NCBI GenBank assembly: GCA_043809085.1 | Contig: JAZDEG010000042.1 | Span: forward strand, 1,599-65,598 | Length of the DNA stretch: 64,000 nt | Direction of reading: 5' to 3' | From: Pseudomonadota bacterium | GTDB lineage: Bacteria; Desulfobacterota; Desulfobulbia; Desulfobulbales; SURF-16 | Part shown: positions 36,264 to 46,929 of the stretch, one piece after another | How the letters are laid out: every line of letters begins with the position of its first letter | Numbering within the stretch: position 1 is the first letter of the stretch | Position numbers and translations under genes: made by a program | Notes under the pieces: model-generated | What the model was told of the DNA's origin: nothing | Databases searched by the model: none | Seen by the model: only the letters and a program-made list of their open reading frames with translations

Positions 36264-37580
36264 TTATTTGGTGGTCTGGAAATCGTTGTAGGCAGCTGCG
36301 CCGTGTTCGCCGATATCAAGGCCTTCCATTTCTTCCTCTTCGCTTACCCGAAGACCGAAAATCATGTCAATGGCTTTGAAGAGAATGAAGGCAGTGCCGA
36401 AGGACCAGACAAATGCCGCACCGATTCCGATAAGCTGCGTGGTGACGATTTTCATGGTGGGACCGCCCATGTTGAAAAGGCCGGCTGCCAGTGTTCCCCA
36501 CGCCCCGCAGACACCGTGGACGGAAACCGCGCCAACAGGATCATCAACGTGAATTCGGTCAATGGTGTAGACGGAAATAACGACCAGGATGCCGGCAACT
36601 GCCCCGATGACGATTGAGCTGGTCGGGCTGACATTCGCGCATCCGGCGGTGATACCCACAAGGCCTGCCAGGGCGCCGTTTAAGCTCATGCCGATGTCGG
36701 GTTTCTTGAACATCACCCATGATGTGATCATGGCAAGGATTGCACCTGCCGCGGCAGCGAGGTTGGTGTTGACAAAGATCATGGCGATGCTTTTGTCAGC
36801 CGTTGTGGTTGAGCCGGGGTTGAAGCCGAACCAGCCGAGCCAGAGGATGAAAACGCCCAGAGCGGCCAAGGGGATGTTGTGTCCGGGGATGGCCCGTACT
36901 TCACCGTGCTTTCCGTACTTGCCGATGCGGGGGCCGAGGACGATGGCGCCGGCCAGGGCTGCCCAGCCGCCGACGGAGTGAACCACGGTGGATCCTGCAA
37001 AGTCGATGAATCCAAGTTTTTCCAGCCAGCCGCTGCCGTTCAACAGGCTGCCCCATGCCCAACTGCCGAATATCGGATAGATAAAGGCGCAGACAAAGAC
37101 GCAGTATATGAGGTAGCTGGTAAATTTTGTCCGCTCAGCCATGGCACCGGAAACAATGGTTGCGGCCGTTGCGGCAAAGACACACTGAAACATCCAGAAA
37201 GCCAGTACCCAGGGATCTCCGTCCGGGGTCCAGCCGCTCAGGAAGAAATCAGTGGTTCCGAACCAGCCTGTACTGGTAGCGCCGAACATGAGGCCGAAGC
37301 CCACTGCCCAGAAGGCGATGGAGCCGATTGAAAAGTCCATCAGGTTTTTCATCATGATGTTGACGGAGTTTTTGGCCCGGGTAAAACCCGCCTCAACCAT
37401 GGCGAAACCGGCCTGCATAAAAAAGACGAGGGCCGCCGCAACCAGGGTCCATAGGTAATTTGCGTGGTCCTGGACAAGGCCGATGGCCTCCGCGTTGCTG
37501 ATGGCTGTAGGTGCTTCATCGGCCGCCCACGCCAAAGAGGGTAGAATCAGGAGCGCTGATATCAGGAGTATTTTTTTCAT
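36264..37580 (-). CDS. amtB: ammonium transporter with signal peptide
   Basis: AFWMFQCVFAATAATIVSGAMAER and DFAGSTVVHSVGG are Amt signatures. Confidence 0.9.
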   Translation of the reverse strand: MKKILLISALLILPSLAWAADEAPTAISNAEAIGLVQDHANYLWTLVAAALVFFMQAGFAMVEAGFTRAKNSVNIMMKNLMDFSIGSIAFWAVGFGLMFGATSTGWFGTTDFFLSGWTPDGDPWVLAFWMFQCVFAATAATIVSGAMAERTKFTSYLIYCVFVCAFIYPIFGSWAWGSLLNGSGWLEKLGFIDFAGSTVVHSVGGWAALAGAIVLGPRIGKYGKHGEVRAIPGHNIPLAALGVFILWLGWFGFNPGSTTTADKSIAMIFVNTNLAAAAGAILAMITSWVMFKKPDIGMSLNGALAGLVGITAGCANVSPTSSIVIGAVAGILVVISVYTIDRIHVDDPVGAVSVHGVCGAWGTLAAGLFNMGGPTMKIVTTQLIGIGAAFVWSFGTAFILFKAIDMIFGLRVSEEEEMEGLDIGEHGAAAYNDFQTTK

Positions 37581-37614
37581 GGTCTTTCCTCAATAAAAAG
37601 ATGGTCGTTTGTGC

Positions 37615-38015
<401 letters not shown>

Positions 38016-38370
38016 AGAATATAATAGCGCAAGTTTTTTTATCTCAAGTGCTTGAATTTGTTTGAATTGAAACAGATTCATCACATGATCTTCTGTTTCG
38101 TGTCCCCCTCTGTTTGGTTACAAATTTGTTAATAATTGGAAAAAACTAGCTACAAAAATGTCCTTATCGTATTTGCGGGGGATGGGAGCGGGCAAATGCT
38201 GCTGCACCACGTTTTTTGTTTTTCCCGTATGGTTGGCCGGGAAGGGTGTTTTCTGTTTTGTTATAGTTTGGATAATTGTGTTACAAAAATGTCATCAAAT
38301 TGTTTTGTTGGGCTGGTGTGATTTCGTTGTTTGCCTTTTGTTTCAAGCTGTTACGTGCTTTCGCCTTATT

Positions 38371-38386
38371 TGGCATGTGTTTTGCT
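38371..38386 (+). promoter_or_regulatory. sigma54 -24/-12 promoter for the second amt gene
   Basis: TGGCAT-GTGTT-TTGCT lies about 58 nt upstream of ATG 38445. Confidence 0.65.
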
Positions 38387-38444
38387 ATTTCATTAGGCTA
38401 ATAAATCGCCAACTAATTATTTTTTAACGAGGAGGAGTAAAGTA

Positions 38445-39659
38445 ATGAATACAGGAGATACCGCTTTTATGTTGGTCGCAACAGCCATGGTCATGCTCAT
38501 GACCCCGGGGCTGGCCTTGTTTTACGGAGGTATGGTTCGCTCGAAAAATATCCTCAGTACAATTATGCAAAGTTTTATCTGTCTGGGAATTATCTCCCTC
38601 ATATGGGTTCTTTATGGGTATTCCCTGGCTTTTGGGCCGGATGTCGGGGGGATTGTCGGTAACCTTGACTGGGTTGGCCTCAAGGGCGTGGGGTTGGACC
38701 CCGGGCCATACAGTGACACCATTCCCCATCTTCTTTTCAGCGCATTCCAGTTGATGTTTGCAGTTATTACACCGGCGCTTATTACCGGAGCCTTTGCTGA
38801 AAGAATCAAGTTTTCCGCCTTTCTCGTATTTACCGTTCTCTGGAGCACCCTGGTTTATTTCCCTGTTTGTCACTGGGTCTGGGGCGGAGGCTGGGTCAGC
38901 GGTCATGGCGGCCTTGATTTTGCCGGCGGGACGGTCATTCATATCAATTCCGGCGCTGCGGCACTTGTTGCTGCTCTCATGGTAGGCAAGAGAAAGGGTT
39001 GGGGAAAAGACGCCATTCATCCCCACAACCTCTCAATGACCATTCTTGGTGCAGGTCTCCTCTGGTTCGGTTGGTTCGGTTTTAATGCAGGCAGCGCTCT
39101 TGCGGCAAACGGCATTGCCGCCAATGCCTTTTTCGTCACCCAGGTCGCTGCTGGTTGCGCGGCGCTTTCCTGGATCATTGCGGAATGGATCGTGCAGGGA
39201 AAACCGACCACCCTTGGCGCGGCATCAGGCGCAGTTGCAGGTCTGGTTGCCATTACCCCTGCCGCCGGTTTTGTCGGCCCGCTTTCATCGGTTGTCATCG
39301 GGCTTGTTGCCGGTGCTCTCTGCTACATGGCGGTTCTGGCCAAATCGAAGATCGGCTATGATGACTCCCTTGACGTGGTCGGTGTGCATGGCGTAGGAGG
39401 ATTGTGGGGTGCCTTGGCTACAGGGCTTTTTGCTTCTACCGCCGTTAATGCCGGCGGCAAGGACGGACTCTTTTTCGGGAATCCAAGCCTCTTGGGAGTA
39501 CAGGCGATGGATGCATTTATCACCATCGGTTATTCAATGGTGATGACATTTATTATTCTCAAGATTATTGATGTTGTCATCGGCCTCAGGGTCACAAAAG
39601 ACGAGGAAGTGCAGGGGCTTGATATTACCCAGCACAGTGAGATCGGCTACACGTTGTAG
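38445..39659 (+). CDS. amt: ammonium transporter (second paralog, no signal peptide)
   Basis: The motifs are FQLMFAVITPALITGAFAER and DFAGGTVIHINSG. GAGGAGG SD lies upstream. Confidence 0.9.
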   Translation: MNTGDTAFMLVATAMVMLMTPGLALFYGGMVRSKNILSTIMQSFICLGIISLIWVLYGYSLAFGPDVGGIVGNLDWVGLKGVGLDPGPYSDTIPHLLFSAFQLMFAVITPALITGAFAERIKFSAFLVFTVLWSTLVYFPVCHWVWGGGWVSGHGGLDFAGGTVIHINSGAAALVAALMVGKRKGWGKDAIHPHNLSMTILGAGLLWFGWFGFNAGSALAANGIAANAFFVTQVAAGCAALSWIIAEWIVQGKPTTLGAASGAVAGLVAITPAAGFVGPLSSVVIGLVAGALCYMAVLAKSKIGYDDSLDVVGVHGVGGLWGALATGLFASTAVNAGGKDGLFFGNPSLLGVQAMDAFITIGYSMVMTFIILKIIDVVIGLRVTKDEEVQGLDITQHSEIGYTL

Positions 39660-39708
39660 GATGGCAATGCAGATGATCGGTGAATGCCGAAATTCTCTGC
39701 AACAGTGA

Positions 39709-39758
39709 CAAAAAAATGCCGCAAGGACTTCAATCGCGTCCTTAGCGGCATTTTTTTT
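39709..39758. terminator. bidirectional rho-independent terminator
   Basis: The structure is A8, then TGCCGCAAGGAC..GTCCTTAGCGGCA, then T8. It lies between the convergent amt gene and the polyferredoxin gene. Confidence 0.8.
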
Positions 39759-39789
39759 ACTCGCAGGCGTGCGGCTGGTGTGTCTGAAA

Positions 39790-40800
39790 TTACTTTACGA
39801 CAATTTTGTAATAATTCTGGAAAGCGGTATCCGGAACAGAAGAGTGCCAGTGGCCGGTTAAAACAGCGCTGATCCAAAAGGTGAAGAAGACGGCCAGGAG
39901 GCACACCGGCAGGATATAAGGCGAAAGTGGTTTCTTTATGGGTAAAACGGCAAGGGTGAGGCAGTCCTGCTGGGGGCAGGTCGCGACACATTCAAGGCAG
40001 CCGATGCATTCAGGGGTCCGGATGATTTGTTTGTCGGTTAGCTTGATTGAGCCGGGGCAGTTGATCTCGCATTTTTTGCAGTCAATGCAGCTGGCGGGGT
40101 CACGTCTGACCGACATCGGGGAAAGAGTGGCTATTAATCCCAACAGCGCTCCATAGGGACAAAGATAACGGCACCAGAAATTCCGCCAGAAAAGAGAGAC
40201 GAGAAAAAGAGCGGCAAGAAATGTTATGGCGAGCCGGGATGGTTGAAGAAAAAAGAGGAGCATGCGTGCATCAGCTGAAAAGCTGTATGGGGAATGGGCA
40301 AATCTCTGCAGGGTTGCGAGATCCATTTTCCAGACAATGAGATAGCTGAAAAAAAGAAGAAGCAGATATTTGACGGACAGCAGGGGGTAATCAACCAGAC
40401 GCGGAGGAAACCAGTTGGTTTTTTTGCGACTTTTGCGGGCGATTGAGAGAAGCCAGGCGCCACCGGCATGGCAATGTTCCGAGAACGTGCCAACCGGACA
40501 GATCCAGCCGCAGAAACCTTTATGAAAGAGAAAGGCCAGGGTGAGGGCGGCAAGAAAAATGGTCAGTCCAGCTGGGTGAATAGGGTCGTAAATGCCGGTA
40601 AGGATGAGCTGCTTCAAGCTCATCAGTGAGGCAATGGGCAGAAAGGCCTCCACGGATGGAGGCCTTGGCGTGTAGTCCGCGCCGGTTGTGGCCCACAGAA
40701 AAAAATTGTAAAAGCGATAGCCCATAAAGAGGCAGAAAAGAAGGAAAGCCCCCTGGGTGAATTTTCGCAGAACCGACAGTTGCGGATGCCCGGCGATCAC
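39790..40800 (-). CDS. NapH/MauN-type integral-membrane polyferredoxin (4Fe-4S binding)
   Basis: The motifs are CGWICPVGTF, WCRYLCPYGALLG and CIDCKKCEINCP..CIGCLECVATCP. The GTG start lies 2 nt after the upstream stop. Confidence 0.7.
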   Translation of the reverse strand: MIAGHPQLSVLRKFTQGAFLLFCLFMGYRFYNFFLWATTGADYTPRPPSVEAFLPIASLMSLKQLILTGIYDPIHPAGLTIFLAALTLAFLFHKGFCGWICPVGTFSEHCHAGGAWLLSIARKSRKKTNWFPPRLVDYPLLSVKYLLLLFFSYLIVWKMDLATLQRFAHSPYSFSADARMLLFFLQPSRLAITFLAALFLVSLFWRNFWCRYLCPYGALLGLIATLSPMSVRRDPASCIDCKKCEINCPGSIKLTDKQIIRTPECIGCLECVATCPQQDCLTLAVLPIKKPLSPYILPVCLLAVFFTFWISAVLTGHWHSSVPDTAFQNYYKIVVK

Positions 40801-40802
40801 CC

Positions 40803-42593
40803 TTACTGACCCATATACTGATATCCCTGGGGAACCGACTCCATTTGCTGCTGCATTTTGGCCAGATCAAGGGGGTAGATCAGCACGGTACTGTCCTTTG
40901 CTGAGAAAACATCAGTCCAGCCGCTGTTGAGGACAATACCGACAAAGAGGGTGGCGGGACTCTCTTTTTCCTTGTCATGGACAAACTGATAAGACGATAC
41001 ATAGCCATCAATCTTGCGCGTTCTCCAGAGTTCCGTGAGTCCGATGCCGTTCCAGGCCAATGCGTGAATTTCTCCACTCGGGTAATTTTTCAGATTCTTC
41101 AGGACTTTGGAAGCGGTTGACAGATTTTTGTTAATGATAATATCCGGCTGGTTGTCGTTGTTGATATCATCGATAACAATACGGGCATGTATGTACGTGC
41201 GGTCTTTCTCCCGGGTCTCATGAATGTCTTTGCTACTCTGGGCGCGGGGATTTTCGCCACCCACATAGCGCAGGTTGCCGCCGAAACTTTCGTCACTTTT
41301 CCAGAGTTGCTTGCCGCCGCTTTGCAGGACAAGGAGTTTATCGGATTCATCGAGTGCGATGATTTCGATTTTACCGTCGCCGTCAAGGTCGGCCATGGAA
41401 AAATCATACAAATTGACGGAATCCGGTACCGGAAGTTTTTCTTCCTGCTGGAGGATGGAATCCGTCACACGGACCTGATAGATGCCGGGGGCAAAGGCGG
41501 CATCCATTGCCGGTCGCTGTCCTGCAAGCACCAGACCCGGTCCTGGAACATTGACAGGCCGGACATACCATCTCTCGTTCTTAAAGAGATAGCTGAATTC
41601 CTTGCCCTGCCATTCAGCGCCCAGGGCGTCAGGGGTGATCCAGTCAACTCCTGTTACGTAAAGTTCCGCTTTGCCGTTGCCGTTAATATCGGCAAGATCA
41701 ATGGAAATGATTTTGTAGCGGGACAGGGTTTCAATTTCGCCAAAGGGAACCAGGCGGTTATTGACAAGATGATACACCGTGACTTTGTTTTTTTCGGCAA
41801 TGGCAACATCGAGCTGACCATCGCCGTCAATGTCGCCTACATCAAGAGCCTGCATGGAAAAATTGAGGTTCTGGCTTTTGGTGAACCCGAAGGGGCTGTT
41901 GATTGCCGTGGGAAACATGATCGGAGCAGGACTCATGCCGCCATGGCTCCCCATGAACTGGCGATCAGGGTGTGCGGTCATATAGGCGGGGTTTTCACCC
42001 TGGGGTTGGCCGGTGGGCAGGGCCGGGGCCATCATGGGTTGTTGTCCCATCGGTGCCGTTGGCTGCATCTGGGCTTGCTGGGTGAATTTTGGCACAGGGC
42101 GCTGTTTGCCGAAGGTTTTTTCAGCAATGTCCCAGGCAAGGCTGTCCACTGCACCGATGATTTCATCTTCACTGGCCGCGGAGGCATAAAATGTTTCCGT
42201 CTGTCCCTGGCTGTTGGCTGGATAGAGTTTGGCGTCGAGGCTCATGCTGTTGCCGATGGCGGTCAGGGTGCAGGCAAGGGCGAAATCAGCCTGTAAAGAG
42301 GCGGCTATTTTTGCGGCACCGACTGGGTCGTTTGTCTTTCCGGCTGCAGCTGCCTCCTTGTCCACCAGGGCCTGGTCAACGATGTTCACCCCGGCCTCAG
42401 CTGCAAGGCGGCTGGCAAGCATGCTGCGGATTCCGGTCTGCAGATAGGAGATGTCTCTGTTTCCGCTTGTCTGGAGAGGCAGCAGGGCAATTGATTTTTT
42501 TGCAGCCGCTTCTTCAGCGAGAATGTCTCCACAAAAAAGAAGCAGGGCAATGAATGTGGCAACGAGGGAAACAAACAAGGGCTTTCTGTTCAT
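40803..42593 (-). CDS. secreted FG-GAP/VCBS-repeat protein with LpoB/CsgG-like N-terminal domain
   Basis: It has a signal peptide. The repeats are DIDGDGQLD, DINGNGKAE, DLDGDGKIE and DINNDNQPD. Confidence 0.65.
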   Translation of the reverse strand: MNRKPLFVSLVATFIALLLFCGDILAEEAAAKKSIALLPLQTSGNRDISYLQTGIRSMLASRLAAEAGVNIVDQALVDKEAAAAGKTNDPVGAAKIAASLQADFALACTLTAIGNSMSLDAKLYPANSQGQTETFYASAASEDEIIGAVDSLAWDIAEKTFGKQRPVPKFTQQAQMQPTAPMGQQPMMAPALPTGQPQGENPAYMTAHPDRQFMGSHGGMSPAPIMFPTAINSPFGFTKSQNLNFSMQALDVGDIDGDGQLDVAIAEKNKVTVYHLVNNRLVPFGEIETLSRYKIISIDLADINGNGKAELYVTGVDWITPDALGAEWQGKEFSYLFKNERWYVRPVNVPGPGLVLAGQRPAMDAAFAPGIYQVRVTDSILQQEEKLPVPDSVNLYDFSMADLDGDGKIEIIALDESDKLLVLQSGGKQLWKSDESFGGNLRYVGGENPRAQSSKDIHETREKDRTYIHARIVIDDINNDNQPDIIINKNLSTASKVLKNLKNYPSGEIHALAWNGIGLTELWRTRKIDGYVSSYQFVHDKEKESPATLFVGIVLNSGWTDVFSAKDSTVLIYPLDLAKMQQQMESVPQGYQYMGQ

Positions 42594-42780
42594 GGTTATT
42601 ATCCTGCAAAGTTACCAGAAAAAATCCTGGGTAAAATGGAAAGTGCAATGTTGTTCGGATTCGTGAAGAGGCTGATCCTGGTGATCCGATTTTTTGACTA
42701 TAATGTCGCCGCTACCTTACCCCTAAGGGCAAAGGGTTCGCAAGTGTTTTTATCGGGAGGGAAGATGGGAAGCTGACTTT

Positions 42781-43650
42781 TCAAGCCTTGTCGATATCGC
42801 GGTGGCTGACAAAAAGTTTGACGTTCAACCGGGAGAGCAATTCTTTCACCTTTTCCGTTACCGCAACGGACCGGTGCTTGCCGCCGGTGCAGCCGATGGC
42901 GATTGTCAGTTGCGCTTTGCCCCCTTTTGTATATTCGGGAATGAGAAAGCTGAGAAGCGGGTCGAGCAGGGCGAAAAAACGGTTGCTTGTCTCGTTTTGC
43001 AGGACATAATTCGCCACTTTTTCCTCCAGTCCGGTATGGGGCTTAAGGTCCGGAACCCAATAAGGATTAGGAAGAAAACGAACATCCCAGAGAAGGTCCG
43101 TTTCTGACGGCGATCCATGTTTGAAGCCGAAAGAGATGAGGTTGACAACCAGGCGACCTTCGGAATCGTCACTGCCAAAGAAATTGCGCAACTGTCGCGC
43201 CAGATCTGTCGGGGTTAGAGAGGTTGTGTCAATGACCCTGGTGGCCAGTTTCTGTAGATCAAGCAGCCGCGATTTTTCCAGGCTGATCGCTTCCCGGATG
43301 GTGCAGTCGGCAGCCAGAGGATGCTGACGCCTGAGCTGGCTGAATCTGCGCAGAAGCGCTTCTTCTGAAGAGTCAAGAAAAAGGATGTCAATGGTGATGG
43401 TGTTTTTGATGTGCGAGACAACCGGAGCAAATGAGGAGAAGAAGGACGGATCCCGGCAATCCATGACCAGGGCAAGTTTTCTGTGCGGCAGTTTGCCGCT
43501 TGCGGTTTGGGTCAGCAGTGACTCAAGAAGAAAAACGGGAAGGTTGTCAATGGCGTAAAACCCCATGTCCTCGAGGGCATTTAAGGCGGTGCTTTTGCCG
43601 GCCCCGGCAAGACCTGTGATGATGATGACCTGAAGATTATCGGAATTCAC
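42781..43650 (-). CDS. rapZ: RNase adapter protein RapZ (P-loop)
   Basis: The sequence is VIIITGLAGAGKSTALNALEDMGFYAIDNLP. The GTG at 43650 gives a RapZ-like length (289 aa). The track ORF reaches ATG 43716 and would overlap ptsN by 80 nt. Confidence 0.85.
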   Translation of the reverse strand: MNSDNLQVIIITGLAGAGKSTALNALEDMGFYAIDNLPVFLLESLLTQTASGKLPHRKLALVMDCRDPSFFSSFAPVVSHIKNTITIDILFLDSSEEALLRRFSQLRRQHPLAADCTIREAISLEKSRLLDLQKLATRVIDTTSLTPTDLARQLRNFFGSDDSEGRLVVNLISFGFKHGSPSETDLLWDVRFLPNPYWVPDLKPHTGLEEKVANYVLQNETSNRFFALLDPLLSFLIPEYTKGGKAQLTIAIGCTGGKHRSVAVTEKVKELLSRLNVKLFVSHRDIDKA

Positions 43651-44095
43651 GGGCGGCTGCGAAAATTTGCGCGATTTCTTCGCTGGTTTCTGCATGGAGC
43701 AGTTGTGAGCGGACATGGGAGCTTTTTAAAAAGCGGGCCATCATGGCCAGGGTTTTCAGGTAGGGTCCTGCTGATTCGGTGGGCGCCAGCAGTATGAAAA
43801 AAAGGTGCACCGGCTTGTTGTCGACAGCGGCAAATGGAATGCCCCGTATGCTGCGGCCGAAGAAAATTTCAATCTTTTCGAGCTTTTCCATTTTGCCGTG
43901 CGGGATCGCCACTCCGTCACCGAAGGCGGTTGAGCCGATCTGTTCTCGTTCGGATAAAACGGCAAAGATGTCTTCCGCAGAGCCGCAGGATGGGCAGGCC
44001 CCATGCATACGTACTGCGAGTTCCTGTAGAGCGTCTTTTTTTCCGGTAGCCTGCAGGGAGGCGGCTATTCTTTCTACTGTCAGGGTTTGGAACAC
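43637..44095 (-). CDS. ptsN: PTS IIA-Ntr
   Basis: GDGVAIPHGK is the phosphorylatable-His context. The GTG start lies 14 nt after the rpoN stop. Confidence 0.8.
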   Translation of the reverse strand: MFQTLTVERIAASLQATGKKDALQELAVRMHGACPSCGSAEDIFAVLSEREQIGSTAFGDGVAIPHGKMEKLEKIEIFFGRSIRGIPFAAVDNKPVHLFFILLAPTESAGPYLKTLAMMARFLKSSHVRSQLLHAETSEEIAQIFAAAREFR

Positions 44096-44109
44096 AGGGG
44101 GACCAGTTA

Positions 44110-45585
44110 TTAATTCATGTTTGGGCGTTTTCGGAACTTGGAAGAAAGTATGCCGAGCTGTTCCCTGTATTTTGCCACTGTCCGCCGGGCGAGTTGGATG
44201 TCATCCTGCTGGAAAATTTCTGAAATGGCAAGGTCGCTTAACGGCTTGTCCGGTTTTTCCGCGGAAATGATCTGTCGGATGCGTTCCTTGATGCTTTCAG
44301 AGGAATGGGCGTCGCCGCCGTCTTTCCGTTCGATGGAGGACGTAAAGAAGTATTTCAGTTCAAAGGTTCCCTGGGGTGTATGGACGTATTTGTTGGTGGT
44401 GACGCGACTGATGGTGGATTCGTGCATTTCAATGTCTTCCGCCACATCGCGGAGAACAAGTGGTTTGAGATAGGCAACACCTTTTTCAAAGAAATCGTAC
44501 TGGAATTTCAGTATGCTCTCAACCACCTTGTAAATGGTGCGTTGTCGTTGGTGGATGCTTTTGATCAGCCAGGCGGCGGATTTCAGCTTTTCCTGTATAT
44601 AGTCTTTGGTTGAATCCTGCTGCCCTTTTTTGTCCTTGAGAATTTCCTTGTAATAGCTGCTTATTTTCAGCCGGGGAAGCCCTTCGTCATTTAAAATAAT
44701 GACATATTCGTCATCAACTTTCTGGATGAAGACATCCGGCAGGATGTAATGGGGGGATTCATCCGAGTAAACCCTGCCTGGATGCGGGTCGAGGCCGACA
44801 ATGATTTTTACGGCATTGACCACGTCATTTATAGAATGTCTGGTCGCCTTGCTGATGGCGCTGAAATTTTTTGTTTCCAGAAAGTGAAGGTGATCCTGGA
44901 CGATTTTGGCCGGCAACGTGTCTTCCAGGTCGAGGCGCTTCAGTTGCAGGAGCAAGGATTCCTTGACATTGCGGGCGCCTACCCCGGAAGGATCCATGTC
45001 CTGGATCAGGGCAACCATTTTTTGCTCCATTTCAGGAGTGCAGCCTGTCTCTTCGATGATTTCCTCATCAGTGACCTTGAGGAAGCCGTCCTGGTCGAGA
45101 TTGCCCAGGACATACATGCCGACTTCTTTTTCTTCGTCCGTGATGTCGGAAAGATTCAACTGCCAGCTGAGATGGCTGTGCAGGTCCGGCTTCTGGGTGA
45201 GGATGTCGAAGCGGGAAGGCTGTTCTTCCCCTGCGCTTTCCCGAGGCTTGTAGGCGCCGCCGCTTTCATATTCATTGAAGTAGTCAGACCAGTCGATTTC
45301 ACCCAGTGTTGAAGGGTTTTCACCAATGTTGACTTCGGTTGTTCGTTCGGTGAGGGCTCCGGTGCTGACGTCGGGTTGTGCGTCCATTCCCTGACCGTTG
45401 TCGCTTTCGGGAATGCCGCCGGAGATTTCCTCTTCCAGCAGGGGATTCTGTTCAATCTCGTGCTGGATGGTATCCACCAGTTCCAGGCGGGAAAGCTGAA
45501 GCAACTTGATAGCCTGCTGCAGCTGGGGCGTCATCACCAGTTGCTGGGCCAGTTTGAGATGTTGCTTTAATTCAAGAAATGACAT
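44110..45585 (-). CDS. rpoN: RNA polymerase sigma-54 factor
   Basis: The N-terminus is LKLAQQLVMTPQLQQAIKLLQL. The RpoN box is ARRTVAKYRE. Confidence 0.95.
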   Translation of the reverse strand: MSFLELKQHLKLAQQLVMTPQLQQAIKLLQLSRLELVDTIQHEIEQNPLLEEEISGGIPESDNGQGMDAQPDVSTGALTERTTEVNIGENPSTLGEIDWSDYFNEYESGGAYKPRESAGEEQPSRFDILTQKPDLHSHLSWQLNLSDITDEEKEVGMYVLGNLDQDGFLKVTDEEIIEETGCTPEMEQKMVALIQDMDPSGVGARNVKESLLLQLKRLDLEDTLPAKIVQDHLHFLETKNFSAISKATRHSINDVVNAVKIIVGLDPHPGRVYSDESPHYILPDVFIQKVDDEYVIILNDEGLPRLKISSYYKEILKDKKGQQDSTKDYIQEKLKSAAWLIKSIHQRQRTIYKVVESILKFQYDFFEKGVAYLKPLVLRDVAEDIEMHESTISRVTTNKYVHTPQGTFELKYFFTSSIERKDGGDAHSSESIKERIRQIISAEKPDKPLSDLAISEIFQQDDIQLARRTVAKYREQLGILSSKFRKRPNMN

Positions 45586-45685
45586 TTGTTGAATTTATTC
45601 CCGATGTTTTATTCATGGCTGTCTGTCGTAGGCTGTAAAAAAATGAATATACTTTCAGTATAAAATAATTCTCTACTATTTTCTA

Positions 45686-46408
45686 TCACATTACAAAGTT
45701 CTGGCCAAGGTACATTCGACGTGCCTCTTCACAATTGACTATTTCTTCCGCCGCACCGCTGGTCAATGTGCGGCCGTTGCTCACTATGTAGGCGAAATCA
45801 CAGACGGAAAGTGTTTCTCGTACATTGTGATCCGAGATCAGGACTCCCAGTCCTTTTTCTTTCAGTTCTCGGATGATGACCTGCAGGTCCGCCACCGACA
45901 GTGGGTCGATTCCGGCAAAGGGTTCATCAAGCAGGATGAAGCGTGGGTTTGTCGCCAGCGCCCGCATGATTTCCACCCGGCGGCGTTCTCCGCCGGACAG
46001 GTTGTGGCCTCTGCTTTTGGCCAGGTGGCCGATTTTCAGTTCCTCCATCAGCCGGCTGATGCGCTGTTTTATTTCCTGGCGCGGGATGCCCAGAGGCTCC
46101 AGGATAATGCGGACATTTTCCTCAACCGTCAGTTTTTTGAAAATTGACGGCTCCTGAGCCAGGTAGGAGATGCCGTTGAGCGCTCTTTTGTGAATGGGAA
46201 GAGCGGTAATGTCCTTGCCGTCCAGCAGAATATGACCTGAGTCGGGCCGGATAAAGCCGGCAATGGTGTAAAATGAGGTGGTTTTCCCGGCCCCGTTCGG
46301 ACCAAGCATGCCGATAACCTTCCCGGTTTCAACCTGCAGGCAGATGCCGTCCACCACCCTTCGTTTCCGGTAGGTTTTAACGATGTCCCTGGCTTCGAGA
46401 GTCGGCAT
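45686..46408 (-). CDS. lptB: LPS export ABC transporter ATP-binding protein
   Basis: The motifs are GPNGAGKTT, LSGGERRRVEIMRAL and ILLDEPFAGIDP. ATG 46408 shares one nucleotide with the lptA stop (TGATG). Confidence 0.9.
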   Translation of the reverse strand: MPTLEARDIVKTYRKRRVVDGICLQVETGKVIGMLGPNGAGKTTSFYTIAGFIRPDSGHILLDGKDITALPIHKRALNGISYLAQEPSIFKKLTVEENVRIILEPLGIPRQEIKQRISRLMEELKIGHLAKSRGHNLSGGERRRVEIMRALATNPRFILLDEPFAGIDPLSVADLQVIIRELKEKGLGVLISDHNVRETLSVCDFAYIVSNGRTLTSGAAEEIVNCEEARRMYLGQNFVM

Positions 46409-46929
46409 CACTTCTTTTCATCCGGGTAAAAAAATGCTTTTACCCGGCCGCCGCCTTTTTTGGCCGGCTCAATAGTGGTCGTCTCTGTTTTGAGATCAAG
46501 AAGAATCTTTTCGCCGGTGACGAGGTTGTTGTCCTGCCACACTTTGGTGTTGCCGGTCAGCAGTACTTTTCGTTCTTCGGCAAAGAATTCCATATGGTCG
46601 CCGGTAGCCACCAGACCTTCCTGGACTATTTTCACATTGCCCTCGGCAAAGAGCTTTTTGATCTGCTGGGAGCCGGCTTTTTCCTTGCCGTCTGCGGACT
46701 GGGTTTCGTGAAGGACGGTCATTTCATCGGAATAGATGGTCAGGGGGCCTTGTTTGGCCTCAACATCGCCGGTAAAGATGATAGCGTTTTCCTGCTGTTT
46801 GGAAACCATGCGGTCCGCTTCAACATGGATCGGGGCCTTGGAGTCGAGCTTGTCGGCGCCAAAGGATATTGACGGAAGCAGGGCGAAAAAGATAGCGGCT
46901 GCAAGAAAGAATATTTTGTGCATTGTCAT
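46408..46929 (-). CDS. lptA: LPS transport periplasmic protein LptA (OstA-like)
   Basis: The signal peptide is MTMHKIFFLAAAIFFALLPSISFG. OstA-type repeats are IHVEADRM.., GNVKIV.. and TGEKILLD. The long track ORF up to 47268 is rejected. Confidence 0.8.
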   Translation of the reverse strand: MTMHKIFFLAAAIFFALLPSISFGADKLDSKAPIHVEADRMVSKQQENAIIFTGDVEAKQGPLTIYSDEMTVLHETQSADGKEKAGSQQIKKLFAEGNVKIVQEGLVATGDHMEFFAEERKVLLTGNTKVWQDNNLVTGEKILLDLKTETTTIEPAKKGGGRVKAFFYPDEKK

